From Octopus sinensis (taxonomy: Eukaryota): 64,000 nt of DNA. Location of the stretch: NCBI RefSeq assembly GCF_006345805.1, contig NC_043005.1, forward strand, positions 6,634,001 through 6,698,000, written 5' to 3'. A model generated the notes under the pieces. That model was not told the origin of the DNA, did not search any database, and saw nothing but the letters and a program-made list of their open reading frames with translations. Positions 24,418-39,685 of this stretch are shown one piece after another. The translations under genes were made by a program, and so were the position numbers. Every line of letters begins with the position of its first letter. Position 1 is the first letter of the stretch.

Positions 24418-26640
24418 GGATAAGATAAACTTAGATAAACTTAGATATGTTTCGACCAGAGATTGGTCCAGGTCATGTCTAACTTAATAGCACCACCTAA
24501 TAGGATTATTCGAATCCTGTTTAAGTCAAGTTTTGTTTAAGTCAAGTTTTGTTCAAGTAGTGAGTTCTTGTTGGGTGAGTTGTATCCAGTTTTGTTCAAG
24601 TAGTGAGTTCTTGTTGGGTGAGTTGTATCCAATTATGGGTGGCTTAGCTGGTATTCTTTGAAGGAATCTATCCAGACTCTGTTTAAAGTTGATGGGATCC
24701 TTTTCCTCTTTGATCACCCTCGGGACAATGTTAAATAGGGCAGGGCCTGTTGAGGAAAATAAATTATGTTGCAGTGTACATGTATGTGGTGATCTTAAAT
24801 TGGGCAGGGGACTATAGCCCGTGGTCCAAGTCTTGGATGAACCTTGAAGCTAATGTTTAGGTCGTTTGGGCAAAGTTGGCGGTATATTTTCCACATCGTA
24901 CAAATGATGTACCGCTCACGGCGACGCTGGAGGGAGTAAAGTTTCAAGGCTTTAAGGCGATCCCAATAATCGAGAGCAGCCATGCCTTCAATTTGTTTAG
25001 TGAGAGCCCTCTGGGGTGACTCAATTCTGGAGATGTTTTGTCTTGTGTGAGGAGACCACAGTGGGCAGCAGTATTCAAGGTGTGGCCGTACAAAGGAGGA
25101 AAAAAGTGGTATGATGACACCTTGTTCTCTGGATCGGAAAGTTCTTAAGATCCAGGAACTCATCCTACGAGCTATATCGACCTTCTTGTTGATGTGTGCA
25201 CTCCAACTGAGATCGTCATCAACAATTATACCCAGGTCTCTGATATTGTTAGAGGCTGTGAGCGGTTCCCCTGAAGGAAGAGAGTATGGTTGTTTTAGTG
25301 AGGAATTTCTTCCAAAATGCATCAGCTCAAATTTTCCCTCATTCAGTTGCATTTTGTTTCGTCTGCCCATTGACTCACAGCATATAGATCAGACTGGAGT
25401 TGAGTTCGGTCTGCTTCTTCATTGACGATTTGCTGGAGCTTAGTGTCATCAGCGAATATTTTCACTTTGCAGTAATGTACGACACTGGAAAGGTCGTTTA
25501 CGTAAATTATGAAGAGTAGCGAACCCAAAACAGTTCCCTGGGGAACACCGCTGGTGACTTTTGCTGGGTTTGAGTGGACTCCATCAACTACAACATGTTG
25601 TGTTCTATTCGCCAGGAAATACTTAATCCAGTGTAGAACTTTTCCACGGATTCCAACATTTGCCAATTTTGAGAGTAGGATGTTATGGTCTACCCTGTCG
25701 AACGCTTTACTGAAGTCAAGATATATGACGTCAGAGTTCGAACCTGTTCCCAAGGCTTTGAGTACATCTTCAATGTGGTGTAAGAGCTGTGTTAGACAGT
25801 CCCTGCCACAGCGAAAGCCATGCTGATTTGAATTTAGGAGTTTGTGGGTCTCCAGGAAGTCAGCTATCCTTGATCTTAACACTCTTTCAAACATTTTAAT
25901 GATGTGGGAGGTGAGTGAGATTGGGCGATAGTTGACTGCGAGGGATCTGTTTCCCTGTTTGAAAACCGGGATGACCGACTGGGATAGAAACTGTTTCGGT
26001 ATATAACCTGCGTCTAACGAATTTCTCCAGAGGTTGGTCAGAGGGACTGCAAGTTGATATCCACATTCCTTCAGGAGACTAGCGGGAAATCTATCAGGGC
26101 CTACAGCAGAGTAATGTTTGACCTCATTTATTGCTGCTACGATGTCGGTGGCAGTGAAGGTTATGTCTGAGATTTTGTGTTGGGAGTCAACTTCGTTCGT
26201 TTCCCTTACGTCAATATCAGTGGGAACACTAAAGACAGAGCAGTATTGTTTCTGCAGTATTTCTGCCATTTCTTTAGCATCGTGTTGGGGAATGCCGTTA
26301 TCATCAATCAATGGCCCAATGGGTGAGACAGTAGTTCTATGCTTATTTGCATAAGAATAGAACACTTTTGGGTTCTGTTTGATGTTTTTGATTACCAATT
26401 GTTCCTCCACAGCTCTTTGATTTTCAATGGAGGTTTTCATGTTAGCCTGCAGATGAAGTTTTTCCAGCTCTAGTCTTTTCATTGTTGTTGAATGTGGATG
26501 TTGTGTGTGGGAATATTTTAATTGGTTGATTTTTTTGTTGAGTCTTTTGATGCGCCTGATGAGTGTTTTTTTTCTTTTTAGGGAGCCGGTTTCTGTTTGT
26601 GTTAGTAGATTTCTTGGGAGCGTGTTTAGAGCATGTATAG
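24418..26640 (-). mobile_element. 5'-truncated CR1-group LINE (RT, no endonuclease), one frameshift at ~25360
   Basis: YRPISLTS, YLDFSKAFDRVDH, GVPQGTVLG, FADDTK, RPHLEYCCPLWSP; 3' tail of short (TATCTAAGTT) repeats at ~24418-24447. Confidence 0.9.
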
Positions 26641-27183
26641 GTGATATGTTTTAAATTCAGCCCAAAATTTCTACACATTAGTTATGCATACTCGTTCACA
26701 CACACATACAATCACTCATACATAAACGTATGCACACTGCAATACACTAACACAGAGGAGGAACAACATCCAGTAGACACAGATACTCAGCCACATACTT
26801 ATAGGAATAATCCTTACTTAGTAATATAGTATTAAAAAATACTATAAGTACTATAAACAAATTTATGAATGGGAATATTATCTAATATAAATTATGCTAA
26901 TATATTAGACATGGCCTAAACCATCTTAAGTCGAAACCTATCTATTTATCAAAGTTTATCTAAATTATTTAATAACTAATAACAAAGAAAATTACGATAA
27001 ATAGATCATTACATAAACAGCAAGATTAACATAATGAGAATATTATTACTCAAAGGCTTATACAATATTAAAAATAACAATTTGGAGATCTTAAAAAATA
27101 CGTACCTTCTTTGCATGTTTTAAACTATGAACTAAATTTGAATGACAAACATCTTAAACAGCGTTTAAGAAATTACGTTATAA

Positions 27184-28024
<841 letters not shown>

Positions 28025-28225
28025 TTCAAATCATTGATGCAATCGTATACCAATTGCTATTTTTACATTTGTATGTTACGATTATATTATACTGTAGTAT
28101 GATTTTAATTATTACTTACTACATATAATTCAATTGTTATTATTATTTTTATTGTTAAAGTGAAAGCATCTGACATAAGATAGAGAAACGTTTTTGTTTC
28201 ACTTTTAACACGTAATACTGAAATA

Positions 28226-28500
28226 GTGGAGAAGATATGATATTGCTATGGGCTCGCCTAGGCAAGATGTTGAACTTTTTTCCCATGAAACTACATGGAC
28301 TCTAAGTAAGGCATGTGTAAAATTTAAATGAAATTGGTAGTGTAGTTCTCAAGTTTTAGGGAAGCGTAGTGGAGAAGATATGATATTGCTGTGGGCTCGC
28401 CCTAGGCAAAAAGTTAAAATTTTTGCCGATGACACTCCTCGGACCCTAAGTAAGGCATGTGTAAAATTTGAATGAAATTGGTCGTGTAGTTCTCAAGTTA
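28226..28500. repeat. Two diverged ~140-bp tandem units
   Basis: TAGTGGAGAAGATATGATATTGCT...GTAGTTCTCAAGTT repeated twice. Confidence 0.75.
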
Positions 28501-28505
28501 TTTAT

Positions 28506-28666
<161 letters not shown>

Positions 28667-28709
28667 ATTATATATATATATATATATACATTAAATAAGT
28701 TTATATACT

Positions 28710-29138
28710 TTTTTACTCTTTTACTTGTTTCACTCATTTGACTGTGGCCATGCTGGAGCACAGCCTTTAGTCGAGCAAATCGCCCCCAGGACTTAGTCTT
28801 TGTAAGCCTAGTACTTATTCTATCGGTCTCTTAGGCCGAACCGCTAAGTTACGGGGATGTAAACACACCAGCGTCGGTTGTCAAGCGATGTTGGGGGACA
28901 AACACAGATACACAAACATATACACACATACATATAAATATCTATATATCTATCTATATATATATATACATATATACGACGGGCTTCTTTCAGTTTCCGT
29001 CTATCAAATGCACTCACAAGGACTTGCTTGGCCCGAGGCTATAGTAGGAGACACTTGCCCAAGGTGTCACTCAGTGGGACTGAACCCGGAACTATGTAGT
29101 TCGTAAGCAAGCTACTGACCACACAGCCACTCCTACGC
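28710..29138 (-). mobile_element. tRNA-derived SINE, same family as 88-495
   Basis: Colinear similarity with 88-495 over the full length, including A- and B-box-like motifs. Confidence 0.8.
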
Positions 29139-29198
29139 CACTCCTTCTATATATATAATATTTATATATACAATTAATACAAATTGTCTAATACTTAC

Positions 29199-29380
29199 AG
29201 ATATTCAACATTCGGTGGAATAGGTTGTGGGACAGAAGTCAGTCCCCGAGATGAACAATATATATATGTCTGAGACCATTCGCAGTCACATACAGTACAG
29301 ATGTCTGACGCCGCATAAGACTCCAAACAGTAACTCATAGAAAGTACCAACAGAAAATTCAATTTAAGTTGATGGAACAT
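29199..29380 (-). CDS. First coding exon of a secreted or cell-surface LRR protein: signal peptide plus LRRNT cap
   Basis: MFHQLKLNFLLVLSMSYCLESYA then CxxCxC...IYCSSRGLTSVPQPIPPNVEYL; acceptor ctcttttacag at 29401, donor gtaagt at 29198; phase 2 matches the LRR exons. Family (LGR-, Slit- or VLR-like) cannot be assigned without the C-terminus. Confidence 0.9.
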
Positions 29381-29779
29381 ATTTTCACACGTAGATTAAT
29401 CTGTAAAAGAGAAAAAATACCAAAAATCAGAAACTTCACTGTCATTTCTTTCCCTCTTCAGATTCTTTGAAGAACAATGATTGCCCCTTCTTCCATGAGA
29501 TGAACTTATCCTTGATTTCGCTTAAATTCAGAGGAATATTTAACCGTACAAAAATGAATTCAATGATGAATCAATGTGGAGACGATAATTATAGATTATA
29601 GGTTTAATGAGTGATAATGTCGAAGATAAACTGATCATCAATCGACTTTGCCTGCATATACGCACAGACACACAGACACACACACACAGATACATGGACA
29701 TACAGACACACACAGACACAGACGCATACACACCCACAGTCATTATACATATGTGTATGTGTGTAAAGTTCTTGCTATT

Positions 29780-31990
29780 TTCTTTGTTTTGCTTTCCGTC
29801 AACATTTCGCCTCCTTTCAGATTCCATGGAGATATTTTGTGAAGTTGCTACAACTGACCAACTCCCTATCGACAGCCTCACACTCATATTTCTTCTCTAA
29901 ATTAAAGAAACCGAAGGGACCTCTGTTGATAACATCACAACTACATCTACAACAACCTCATGAAAGGCTCAGGGTCTCACATCAGAACATTGGCAGCGAA
30001 AACTTACGCTTCCAGCTCCCATCGAAGAGTAAGCTCTTACTAAACCCCCTGCACCCCAAACCAACAACAGCAACGATATAAATTCTTCTTTCCACCAGAC
30101 TTCTCCGTCTCCCACAGATAATTTGAAGAATGATTTAGAGAAGAAAGATCAAGCTGAAAGATGGCAACAGTTCCCGAAGTGGGGAAGTAAAAACGGAGGA
30201 GAGTACAGAGACCTACTCCGAGAACACAGAAGAAGCAGCTACAAACACAAAAAAATATATCTACAGCACACTTCACATCACCTGAAACACCAACAACAGT
30301 AACATCCTCAACAACAAAAACAATAGCAATGCCAACAACAACAGCAGCAGCAGGAAAAAAATCAATCAACATCAACAAGTAACATACGAAAACACTTCAA
30401 TAGCCAAAACTAAACCAAAATTTAAACTGTACACAATATGTATCCATCAGCTTCCCTATTATGAACTAAAGTAACATTGAGTTTATGGTGTACTTAATTG
30501 AAGATAATAATAAAATTAAGCCAGAGGGAAAAGAATTTGAAAATTTTAACGAAGCAGAGACTTCAGACTTTTACAATACAATACGAGAAAAATCTCAGCC
30601 AATGTGAGGATTTAAAACAAAATTATTCATAAAAGTCTCTTAAAAGGGTCATCTAAGAAACACTCACCCGAATGACCAACAAACTGCTCGTGAAAGTCGG
30701 GTTTACAGACATGCGTGATCTGGGAACAGCTTCGAAGCAAGTCGCTTCCTCAATGGCCCCTCGCGTTGCTTTAGATGTGGCCACCATTAGTGGCACAAGA
30801 ATTCTGGAAAGCATGCTTTAACATCCATTTTCGAAGGCTACGAGTTATTCTGAGTGTGTGGTCTGTCAGGAGCGGGTAGCTGGGTAGCGGTACTATTCCG
30901 GAAATCGTTAGCTCACAATGTGCGGATAATCTGCTTGGACCCACACATTATAGTGGTGGTGGTGGTGGGGATAATGGTGGTGGTGGTGCTAGTTGTGATA
31001 GTATTGGTGGTGATGGTGGTGGTGGTAGTAGAACTCGACGTGAATAACAGCAGAGGCAGCACCTTCAGAATGGTGACCGTTTAAGCCCCGACAGGAATTG
31101 GAAAGGCAGATTTCTTCAGACGTCCATCTCGCACTTTAGTATTTGCAAGAGCCTGCAATAGTATTTGACGGACAAAGGGACTGTGTGGGGCTAGTACATT
31201 GTAAGAGGGGTATAAAGTCTCGAAAACCTACTCAGAAGCTTCCAGCTCTCTGACAGGTATCGACTGGATAACCCTCTGCGTGGTGGCCTAGTAGTGCTAT
31301 GGTTGTGGATGCGCATATACGCAATATGTTAGCGACACCTGCAACGATTTCTTGTCGGTGAACGTGCACGGGCTCCGTTAGTAAGACAAATCACTTACAT
31401 CGTTTCCGTCATAATTTAACGTCTGACGGTCGTACCTTGCTGCGGTTGCAAACTCGCTTATTTTCTTATGGAAAGGATATTTCCAATAGTCCAGTGGTCA
31501 GCTTGCTGCCGGCACATTGGCGTAGAAAACAAGGCCTGCAACGTAGAAAACAACATCTGCAACGAACTCGGGAGATGAACGTCTAGTGGCTCCGTTTATG
31601 AGGCACGTCCTTCCACAGCTCGTTTCCTTGACAAGGCTGCTGTCTGAGTGAAGGAAAGCTCGAAATTCTCTGCCTTCTACATAGAATGTCACCAGGTGTT
31701 CCCAAGCCTCTACCAGTCGAGCAATGGGTCTGGGGGATGTTCCACTTTGGCAACATATAGAGTATTAGTGACGGGGAAATGCGACGACGTTATTAGGGCT
31801 ATTCTGGGCGCTGAAGCAAATGAAGTGTTCGTCTTTTCCGGTGGAATTTTTGGTCGGGGGATACCACTGATACTTTTCAGATGTTCTTGACCTAGCAGTT
31901 CAATCGAGAGGCGCTGCCGGTTCGACTTAAACAGTACAGGCATGAATATTCTGACAGACGAGCTTGTCTAGGGTGCGCGCAGGGCGACAA
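29780..31990 (+). mobile_element. Old, internally deleted Tx1/L1-like relic
   Basis: APE remnant (AVLFRKSL...LDVNNSRGSTFRMVTV...KADFFRR) at ~30690-31150 and C-terminal remnant (PFMRHVLPQLVSL...YRVLVTGKCDD) at ~31580-31860 align with ORF2 of the young copies; the ORF1 assignment of 29780-30420 is weak. Confidence 0.65.
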
Positions 31991-32039
31991 AACAGTTCTG
32001 CATGCATATTAATGAAGGGCCACCAACTATTGCCATCTC

Positions 32040-33790
32040 AGTAATGAATGAGTGGGTGATGTGATTGATATGTGGGAAAACTATTTTATTCGTGAAGGAT
32101 GCATCAAAGGATAATGAAGTGTCAAGATATCAGCCATTAACATATTTACCAATCATGTGGAAACTGGTGTCAGGATTAATAACTGACGAAGATTACAAAT
32201 TTTGTGATTATGAAGGACTTTTACCAGACGAGCAGACGGTTCTAAATGCAGGTGAAGTGGGGCAAAATATCAGGTGTTAATGTACAATATGATATCAAGG
32301 AATTGCAGAAGAAGGTTAACGGTGCTAGGAGTGGACTGGTTAGATTACAAAAAAAGCCTATGATATGATGCCTCATGGCTGGATAGGAAAGTGTATGGGG
32401 ATATTTGCAGTGGCAGAAAATGTATAAAGATTGCTAAAAAGATATATGATAGCCTGGAAAACAGAGTTAATATTTGTATGAAGGTCACTGGGTACTGTGA
32501 ACATCAGAATAGGGATATTTCAGGAGATAATATCTCAACACTCTTGTTTATGCTGATATTAATACATCTGTTGATAGATTCCGAGAGATATTAAAACAGG
32601 GTATGTTTTGGAAAATGTAGTGGAAGAAGTTAACTAGCTACCATACATGGATAATTAAAAGCTTTATATGAAAAATGAAGATGAAATTGTCAGATTTTGG
32701 ACACAATAAGCATTTTCAGTAATGACATGCGCATAGAATTTGGTGCGAATAAATGTATCATTTGATACAAAAGAGGTGGGAGGTAAAGCAGAGCTAGTGT
32801 CTCAAACAGCCAGATAATCAGGTGATGACAAGTTTAGAAGTGTAAGATACAAGTAGTTAGGAATTTGGGGACCAGATGTCATCAAAAGCAGAGAAATGAA
32901 AGGAGTCATTCTTAAATTGAACTTCAGAGGGCTCAAGTTGATAATGAAATTTAAGTTAAATTTTGTAAAACATTTTAATGATAATAAATTTAAAAGTTAT
33001 ATCAATAGTTACATATGCGGTAGGTCCTGTGAATTGGAAGAAAAGAAAAACTGCAAGACTTTGATCGGATCGAACAACTCGAATAATAAAAGGGCTGTAA
33101 ATGTAAAATGTAGAATATAAAGAAATGTAAAAATGGAGAAAGGGGATTGATCAATGTGGAGAATTTTAGAAATATGGAAAGGAAAAATCACAATCAGTGT
33201 GTTAAGGAAAGCACTGAAGAATTGCAAAAGTAAGCAATGCAAACATAATAAACGAAGATCAAACAAGACTTGAAGTAAGAAAGCAAAGTGATATGGAAAA
33301 ACATTTACACAGATTATGAATAATACTGAAGCAGAAGACGTATAGAATTGGTTGAAAAAGAGAATTCTCAATAATTAATCATGGCAGCTCAGGAACAATT
33401 CCTTTGGACAAATAGTACAAATGTAGGATAGGAGTCGATGTGTCGCTATGGTGCAGATTGTTTGATGACCGAGAAGAAACAGTGAGCCACATTGTAAGTG
33501 AATGTTCCAAATACGCAGCGAAACGGTACCAATCCTGGAGACATGAAAATATTACAACGATCATCCACTGGGAAATGGGCAGAAAGTGTGGACTTCCATC
33601 AGAAAGCAAAGTGCTATGAATATGCACACGAGAAAGTAAGTTAGAATTATGAGGTTAAACGCATCTGGGATTTTCTCATCTGGGATATATATATGAACCT
33701 GAAGAGAGAGATAAACAATAGTGAGGTCGAACCAATTGTCATTGAAGTTTAGGAACAAAAGAGAAGAGGCTCAAAGAGTGGACAGAGAAG
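32040..33790 (+). mobile_element. Highly degenerate RLE LINE
   Basis: Remnants YQPLTYLPIMWKL, KAYD, FQGDNISTLLF, KRYQSWRHE...IHWEM in broken frames. Confidence 0.65.
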
Positions 33791-34086
33791 AATTACCTGC
33801 AGAAAGACATAAAATACATGGGACTGGTCTGCTTGTTAGTAGCGGCGTAGATCATTCGAAAGTTGTTGGATGGCTGGGATTACAGCCGGTGGCTTTGTTA
33901 TCCAAAAGAAAACCCACTTAATAGCAATCATGGTGGTGGTGGTGGAGGTGAGATACAAAATATTATTTGCCATAAAGGCAGCTTTTGGGAGATGGGGATT
34001 AGTGGATTATATCGACCCACTGTTTCACTGGTACCTAATTTTCCGACCGCGAAGGGTTGAAAAGGAAAGTCGACCTCGCCGGAATA

Positions 34087-34138
<52 letters not shown>

Positions 34139-34141
<3 letters not shown>

Positions 34142-34348
34142 TAGTTTTATTTTTATAGCGTGCTTTCACTTCACTACCGAGCGCAGCTCTGTGTGCCTTG
34201 GGTATGTGCTGTGATTTGTTGTGATGCTCTTATGGTTACTGTATGGAAAGTGTTCTGCGTAGGATGTGTGCAGTGCCTAGTAGTGCAATTTTCTGTATGT
34301 TATATGTGTTTGTAAGTCCTGGTGTTTTTGTTATGTATTTATCTGAAT
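34139..34348 (-). mobile_element. 3' fragment of RLE family 1
   Basis: Near-identical to 7690-7900; flanked by (AAT)n. Confidence 0.85.
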
Positions 34349-34353
34349 TATTG

Positions 34354-34396
<43 letters not shown>

Positions 34397-34409
34397 TATT
34401 ATTATTATT

Positions 34410-35731
34410 CTATGTTTGACTTTTGCTTTATATTCGTACAAGTTGGCTCCAAGTCCCACCCAGAGACCTCAAGAGACAACAGGTTGGAAGTTCATGTTGA
34501 TGTTATGCCTAGTGTGCCATATATTTGGGGGGGTGTTGTACTAATGAATGTCTAAAAAAAAAATTTTTTTTTTTAAACCGAAAATTATGTTTGTTTTCTG
34601 CCTTGAGATTACATAGAAAGTATTTTGCGTAGGATATGAGCAGTTCCTATGAGCACTATCTTTTGAATTTCTGCCATTTTCGGGTTTCCTGGTATCTGAG
34701 TTAGGTAGCTATCAGCCCCTTTTGCTATCATTCCCAGGGCACCTATGACAACAGGTATTGTTTTAGTCTTCAGGTTCCACATTTTGCTGATTTCTATTTC
34801 AAGATCTTTATATTTGCTCAGTTTTTGGTAGGTCTTGACAGATACGTTTATATCGATTGGGACAGTCATATCAATGAAGACGCATGTTCTTTGTTTGAAG
34901 TCTTTCAATATGATGTCTGGCCTATTTGCATCTATCTTTCTGTCAGTTTGAATGGTGAAGTTCCAGAGGAGTGAGATGTGGTCATTTTCAAGCACTGGAG
35001 GTGGTTTGTGTTCCCACCAGTTTTTTTCATGGGGCAAATCCAGGTTTTTGCAGATTACCCAGTGAATATATTGTGCAGCTCTATCGTGTCTGTTGAGATA
35101 CTCTGTAGGCGCTAGAAGACTGCACTTGGAGACCACATGGTCAATGGTTTCATTTTGTTGTTGGCATACACGACACGTTGGACTGCTTCTGATCTTTAAT
35201 ATGTTGGCCTGGTAGTTTCTTGTTGGTAGGCATTGATCTTGAGCTGCTATGATAAACCCCCCTGTTTCAGATTTTAAGCCAGAGGCCATTAGCCATTGAT
35301 GGGTCAGGGCTTTGTCAACATCTGCATTATTTGCTCTCTTTGGGTATTTGCCATAGAGAGGTTTTTCTTGCCATTTATCATTCAGAATATCTAAGGCCGC
35401 AGATTTAGCACGGGTTTTCATGCGCCTAGCTTTTTCTGTGCCTGTTTCTTGTATGTCTATCTCTAATTCCGAAATTTGTTGTATTCGGAATTCACTTAGA
35501 TATCCCTTTGCCTGTTTTGTTACTAAGTATGATGCTTTCTTGTTTTCATGTTTTGAGACAAGTTTTAACATCCAGTCCTCAGAGTTTTTCAGGTAGGTGT
35601 CTAGGCCAATTGTAGCAATCTTCATTGTTATTGCCAGTTGTAAATGTCCACGGCCTCCCTCTTTTCTTGGCAGATAAAGTCGTTCTGTATCTGCCTTAGG
35701 GTGGTGCATTCTATGCATTGTCAACAGTTTT
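34410..35731 (-). mobile_element. 5'-truncated RLE LINE, family 2
   Basis: ORF 35724-34609 (371 aa) closely matches the C-terminal half of 11147-12928; (AAT)n at both ends. Confidence 0.92.
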
Positions 35732-35742
35732 CGTTATTATTA

Positions 35743-35797
<55 letters not shown>

Positions 35798-35812
35798 CAC
35801 TAATATTATTAA

Positions 35813-35913
<101 letters not shown>

Positions 35914-35914
35914 T

Positions 35915-37710
35915 TATATTTCGGAATGGTCATTTTGCCAGTTTAGCCAATAAAAACACACGCACTATATATTTGGTGTTACTTTGCTTCAGTGTTATTT
36001 ATTTTTTACATTAATCTTAATCTTATTTCGGCCAGAGTTCTTTCATCACACTCCTGTGACCGCATCAGTGGTCCTTTGTTTTCTTCTTTCTTATTTGTGT
36101 GACTCTCCTTACTAACCGTCAGCCATTTTGTATTTCTATTGTATGTGCCTTCATTTGCGCATGCGTATATCTCTATGTGCATCTATGTTTAGTTAGTGTG
36201 TAGGGGGGGAATGCCTGTAATATTTGCATCTTCTGTTTATATATATTCGTGTAATTTGTTTTTGTTTTTGTTTATTCTTATTTTGTTCATGTGTTTACAC
36301 CTACTTATTATTATTATTATCATTACTATTATCATTATCATTACTATTATTATTACGCATGCTTGTATGTATGTATGTATAACAACAATACTAGTAATAA
36401 TAATAATAATTTTAAAAAATCAAAAACAAATAAAAAATAAAAAATCTTTTAAATTAAAAAATTAAAAACATTTTAAAATGTATATAGTTATTTACTTCTA
36501 TTTGTTTATTTATCTGTGCATTTTATTTTATTATGTTTTCAGTTTTGTTTATATTGTAACCAGTTTATGGGGATCCTCTTCTATCATATGTTGTAGTTTG
36601 TGCTAGTGTTCCATTCCAGTTTCCTATTCAGGCTAGGTTTATCTTCTAGTATGTGTGTAGCTTCCGTAATTTGTCTGATTGTTGCGTCTGTTCTATGTGT
36701 AGACAAGATTTTAACTTCTATGGTTTTGATTGAGCCCCCATGTTCCTGCTCGGCGTGTTGGTACAGAACCGATGAGCTTTTTCCTTCCTTAAGTTCTCTC
36801 TAATGATCATTAACCCGCTCTCCTATGCTTCGTGCCGTTTCCCCTACGTATGTCGTTGTCTTGTTACTGCATCGTCCCTCTATACATCTTATGCCATAGA
36901 CTACATTTCTGGCTTTACAGTTTGTTTGTGGGCTAAATCTACACACAGTAGAGTACCTATCCGTACAGAGGGTTCTACTAAAAGGGTAGGTTCTACCGAT
37001 TATGGATTTGATAGGGTTGCCTGGCTTTTCAACAACCTTAATCCTTAGCTTTAGTTTGTCTAGGGTCCTTCTAAAGCGGTATGCCAGTTTACCTCTAGGG
37101 GTGGTGTCAACGAACATGACACTCTGGTATTTGTGGCTATCATACCAATAGTTGGCTTTCCCTATTTTCTTCTTTGTCTTTTCCTATAGAGTGGGCAAAT
37201 CCCATTCCTATCATTACATAATATATTATTAAATTTCTTAATGGCTCCTTTGTATACTCTGATCCTTTCTTTAGGGCTGTAACCTGGGAGCTGCATGCGG
37301 TGAACGAAATGTTGTATGTGTCTCTTTAACTCTATAGGCTCGCACAAGCAGGACACATTTCGCATTATTCTGACAAGGTCTGCCATCAAAATATTGAAGT
37401 TGGCATTGTCCGCGATAGCTGAGTTCCGGTGGATCAAGTATTTGGCGGCCATAGGTTTGGCATAGTATGAATGAAGGATTTTGGTTTTATTATTTTCAGT
37501 TTCTAGCCAGAGTTCTGTGTCTACTACTGGTATTCTATGGTTAGGGTGTTAGGTGGGTAGTCTTTTGTGACCTTAATACTCTGGTGGATGGAGTTAGCTA
37601 TTTGCTGGATGTTCTTTCTGTCGTCATAATAGAGACATAGTCTACTTATGCATGTATACATGGCTCTCTTGTGATCCAGTTCCAACGAGATACCCACAAA
37701 CTCCCCACAA
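35915..37710 (-). mobile_element. 5'-truncated Penelope-like element (RT C-terminus, GIY-YIG endonuclease, 3' terminal repeat)
   Basis: IANSIHQSIKVTKDYP and KYLIHRNSA RT/thumb remnants; CKARNVVYGIRC...YVGETARSIGERVNDH GIY-YIG; the terminal segment 35915-36090 recurs inverted at 43150-43327. Confidence 0.85.
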
Positions 37711-39651
37711 ACTCAGCCTTCACAAGGTCCAACGCCTAAATTTTTAAAACCGAGGAGAGGGGCCATCTCTGGTAAACCAAATTTGATGCTGAATGTGTCT
37801 GATTGGTTGAATCGGACCACCAAGCAAGTGCGGTGTGCATTGTGGTGACCCTGCTTCTGAAGACGGGAACGAGCAGATATATAGAGATGACCTATCCTGC
37901 CAAATGTTTTGGGATGATTCAAATTGACTAGATTCCTTTCCGCAACCAGATCTATTCCCGGTTCCCTTCCATAATGGTTGTCCTGATAGGCCTGTCGGGG
38001 ATCCCACAGATTTTTGCGTCTCCACTCACTGTTGGCGAGTACCTTTGCCAAAATCTTTAACTGCATGTCGAGCAAAGTTATGAGACGGAATTTTTTCCTC
38101 ACATACCTCTTGTTTTGATCCTTCCCCAGCAATGTCCCCACTCTTTGGCTCACTCGTCTAGGAATACTCCCAGTCTGTCGCCAGCTACAGTAGAAGGTTG
38201 CTATATGGAAACATGACTTAGTTTTTGAGCTTGCATGTTTCAGAGAACGCAATTTAGCTCGAGCAATACCACGTTTGTAATTAGCGTCGAAGAAATAATC
38301 GTGAACCATTTTCTCCGCTAGCACGTTCTTTACCGTTCCTATCTTATGAGCCTCTTCTAGGCTACTAACCAGTTTATTTTCTATTCAGTAGTTTTCTGTA
38401 ACAATCACTGCTAAAACTGACACATATTACCGATTCTCCTTCTTAGTGAAACCCACCACCTGTTGTTGAAGATATCTCCCATCAGTTCTTGCTTGAATAG
38501 TTTATTAATCTAATCCCAGGAACATTTTCACATTGGGAAGGGTGCGTTCATTTCCATTTACAGGATCCTTTATTATTAGTCTCTATTAGTCTTTTTTATG
38601 TTGACTATAAAGGTCCCTATTTTGAGTTCTAAGAATCCAACGACCTGAAACTGTGAACAATTTAAACAACTCCAATCTGCTAAACTTACAAAACCCAATC
38701 TAAGTATGACCTGGACGACTCTCTGCAATTTGACTAAGTCCACATTGGCCTATTCGGAGAATTGTGGCCTGTCAAAAAAAACATGGAAATATCCGAGAGC
38801 ACTTGCGTGACTTGTGCGCTCGGCTCCCTTACTCCCACATATTTGTGTGTGTTCAAAGTCCCTTAACAATCACCTACTAACACTAATGAGCGAGATGTTG
38901 CCAGAAAAGACTCTTATCGCCTAAAGTTATTCGGGCTCTACTGTTTCCTTTCCTGCAACTCATATCCAAGACAACCTAACTACCGACCCGGTCTAAGAAG
39001 ACTTTTTCAAGTCCTTTACATAAGCCTTCTAAAATCTTTCTGTGTAATAAAATATGTCAGTATTCTCACATCCTGTTCGAAAGTTTTCCTCAAAACACGG
39101 TACATTGTTCGTCGCGTTCTTACCAGGTCCCTCCCTCGTCTAGTTTTGGAAATGATGATAGCCTCATGAACCTCTCTTGTTAAAAAAATTGTTTTTATTA
39201 GAGTTTGTAAATTCTTTGATCTCCACTTATTACTTTCGGAGAACTGTCCAGTAGAGAGGCTCGACCGTGTGACGTTGCCATTTGGAATTGACGTGATCGT
39301 TGTAACTCTTAATGTTGTTGAGCATGTTGTTTCTCTTTCTGTTCTTGATGTTACTGCTGTAGGTTTGTCTCTTGTTGTTATTGTTATGGGTGCTGCAATT
39401 GTTGTTTTATCGCTTTGTTTATGAGCCTAGGGGCACTGATTTCCGTGTTATTGAACTTGGTCCTCACAAATTTTGACGATTCAAGGGTCAAAATCACTAT
39501 AGACACCAGCGCCCACCATCATTTCCGTTTTGGAGGTCACTCGACAATTATCCACTTGGGTGCTTAGGTGTCTTCCGAGACCACTCCTCTTCACGAGGAG
39601 GAAACTGGATTTGCACTTAATTCATTCTGTATCGTGTGTTGTTATTACTGT

Positions 39652-39685
<34 letters not shown>

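Noticed and set aside
30662-30670. CGG|GTGAGT donor on the minus strand as the end of a 5' UTR exon of the LRR gene
   Set aside because: It lies within an antisense Tx1 relic just before its APE start; nothing else supports an exon. The true first exon was not located.
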